From UHGV virus genome UHGV-0281922: a stretch of DNA of 5,026 bases; one strand, 5' to 3'. This document shows positions 4,983 through 5,026 of this stretch, one piece after another (position 1 is the stretch's first letter; every line of letters begins with the position of its first letter). The translations under genes were made by a program, and so were the position numbers. The notes under the pieces are model-generated. The model saw nothing but the letters and a program-made list of their open reading frames with translations. It ran no database searches and was not told the origin of the DNA. Origin of the DNA: a virus.

Positions 4983-5026
4983 TACTCTTCAACTCCTATA
5001 ACATTATATCTAATACTTAAATACAT

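Noticed and set aside
1-5026. Possibility of an alternative genetic code (TGA read as Trp, as in Spiroplasma microvirus SpV4).
   Set aside because: All major ORFs are intact with proper stops under the standard code. Trp is encoded by TGG where checked. TGA sits at a coupled stop/start junction (TGATG at 3780).
1-5026. A prophage embedded in a bacterial chromosome (integrase, tRNA attachment site, host genes).
   Set aside because: No integrase/recombinase-like ORF, no tRNA-like sequence and no change in composition across the window. The edge ORF reads cleanly into the Rep start when the window is circularised, which favours a free circular genome.
1-5026. CRISPR arrays, rRNA/tRNA genes, IS elements, and defence systems (restriction-modification, toxin-antitoxin, Abi).
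   Set aside because: No regularly spaced direct repeats, no cloverleaf-capable GC-rich 70-90 nt segments and no plus-strand ORFs at all. The coding content is fully accounted for by a microvirus structural/replication module plus small accessory peptides.

Overview
The window looks like an essentially complete genome of a small ssDNA phage of the family Microviridae. It is AT-rich, roughly 30% GC by eye. All coding capacity is on the minus strand, so the packaged viral (+) strand would be the reverse complement of the given sequence. Three hallmark genes are recognisable from the translations. The first is a rolling-circle replication initiator (VP4/gene-A-like, 313 aa) with FLTLT, HFH (HUH) and YxxKYxxK motifs. 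The second is a minor capsid / DNA-pilot protein (VP2/H-like, 248 aa) with a Gly-rich N-terminus, a GLNPLLA motif and a Q/A-rich coiled-coil region. The third is the major capsid protein (VP1/F-like, 542 aa, PGD motif near the N-terminus). Downstream of the capsid gene is a 138-aa acidic protein, possibly a scaffold. Four small genes lie between the big ones and are not in the ORF track, presumably because they are too short, but each has a strong Shine-Dalgarno site. There are two tandem single-TM hydrophobic peptides (32 and 31 aa) between Rep and VP2. There is a 48-aa ORF overlapping the VP2 stop (ATGA), and a 32-aa arginine-rich peptide immediately upstream of the capsid gene, analogous in position and composition to phiX174 J. 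A partial minus-strand ORF runs off the window start (1..213). If the two window ends are joined as a circle it terminates in TAATG exactly on the Rep start codon, which suggests the window is one full circular genome (5026 nt) cut at an arbitrary point. The only long noncoding stretch (214..711) contains a candidate sigma-A-type promoter. It also contains a perfect 14-bp inverted repeat, GC-rich islands, a pair of ~27-nt direct repeats, and a textbook rho-independent terminator with a GAAA tetraloop at the end of the gene cluster. No tRNA, rRNA, CRISPR, integrase or transposase signals were seen. The strong AGGAGG-type SD sites, standard-code stops and AT-richness point to a low-GC Gram-positive (Firmicutes-like) host rather than Bacteroidetes or Mollicutes.
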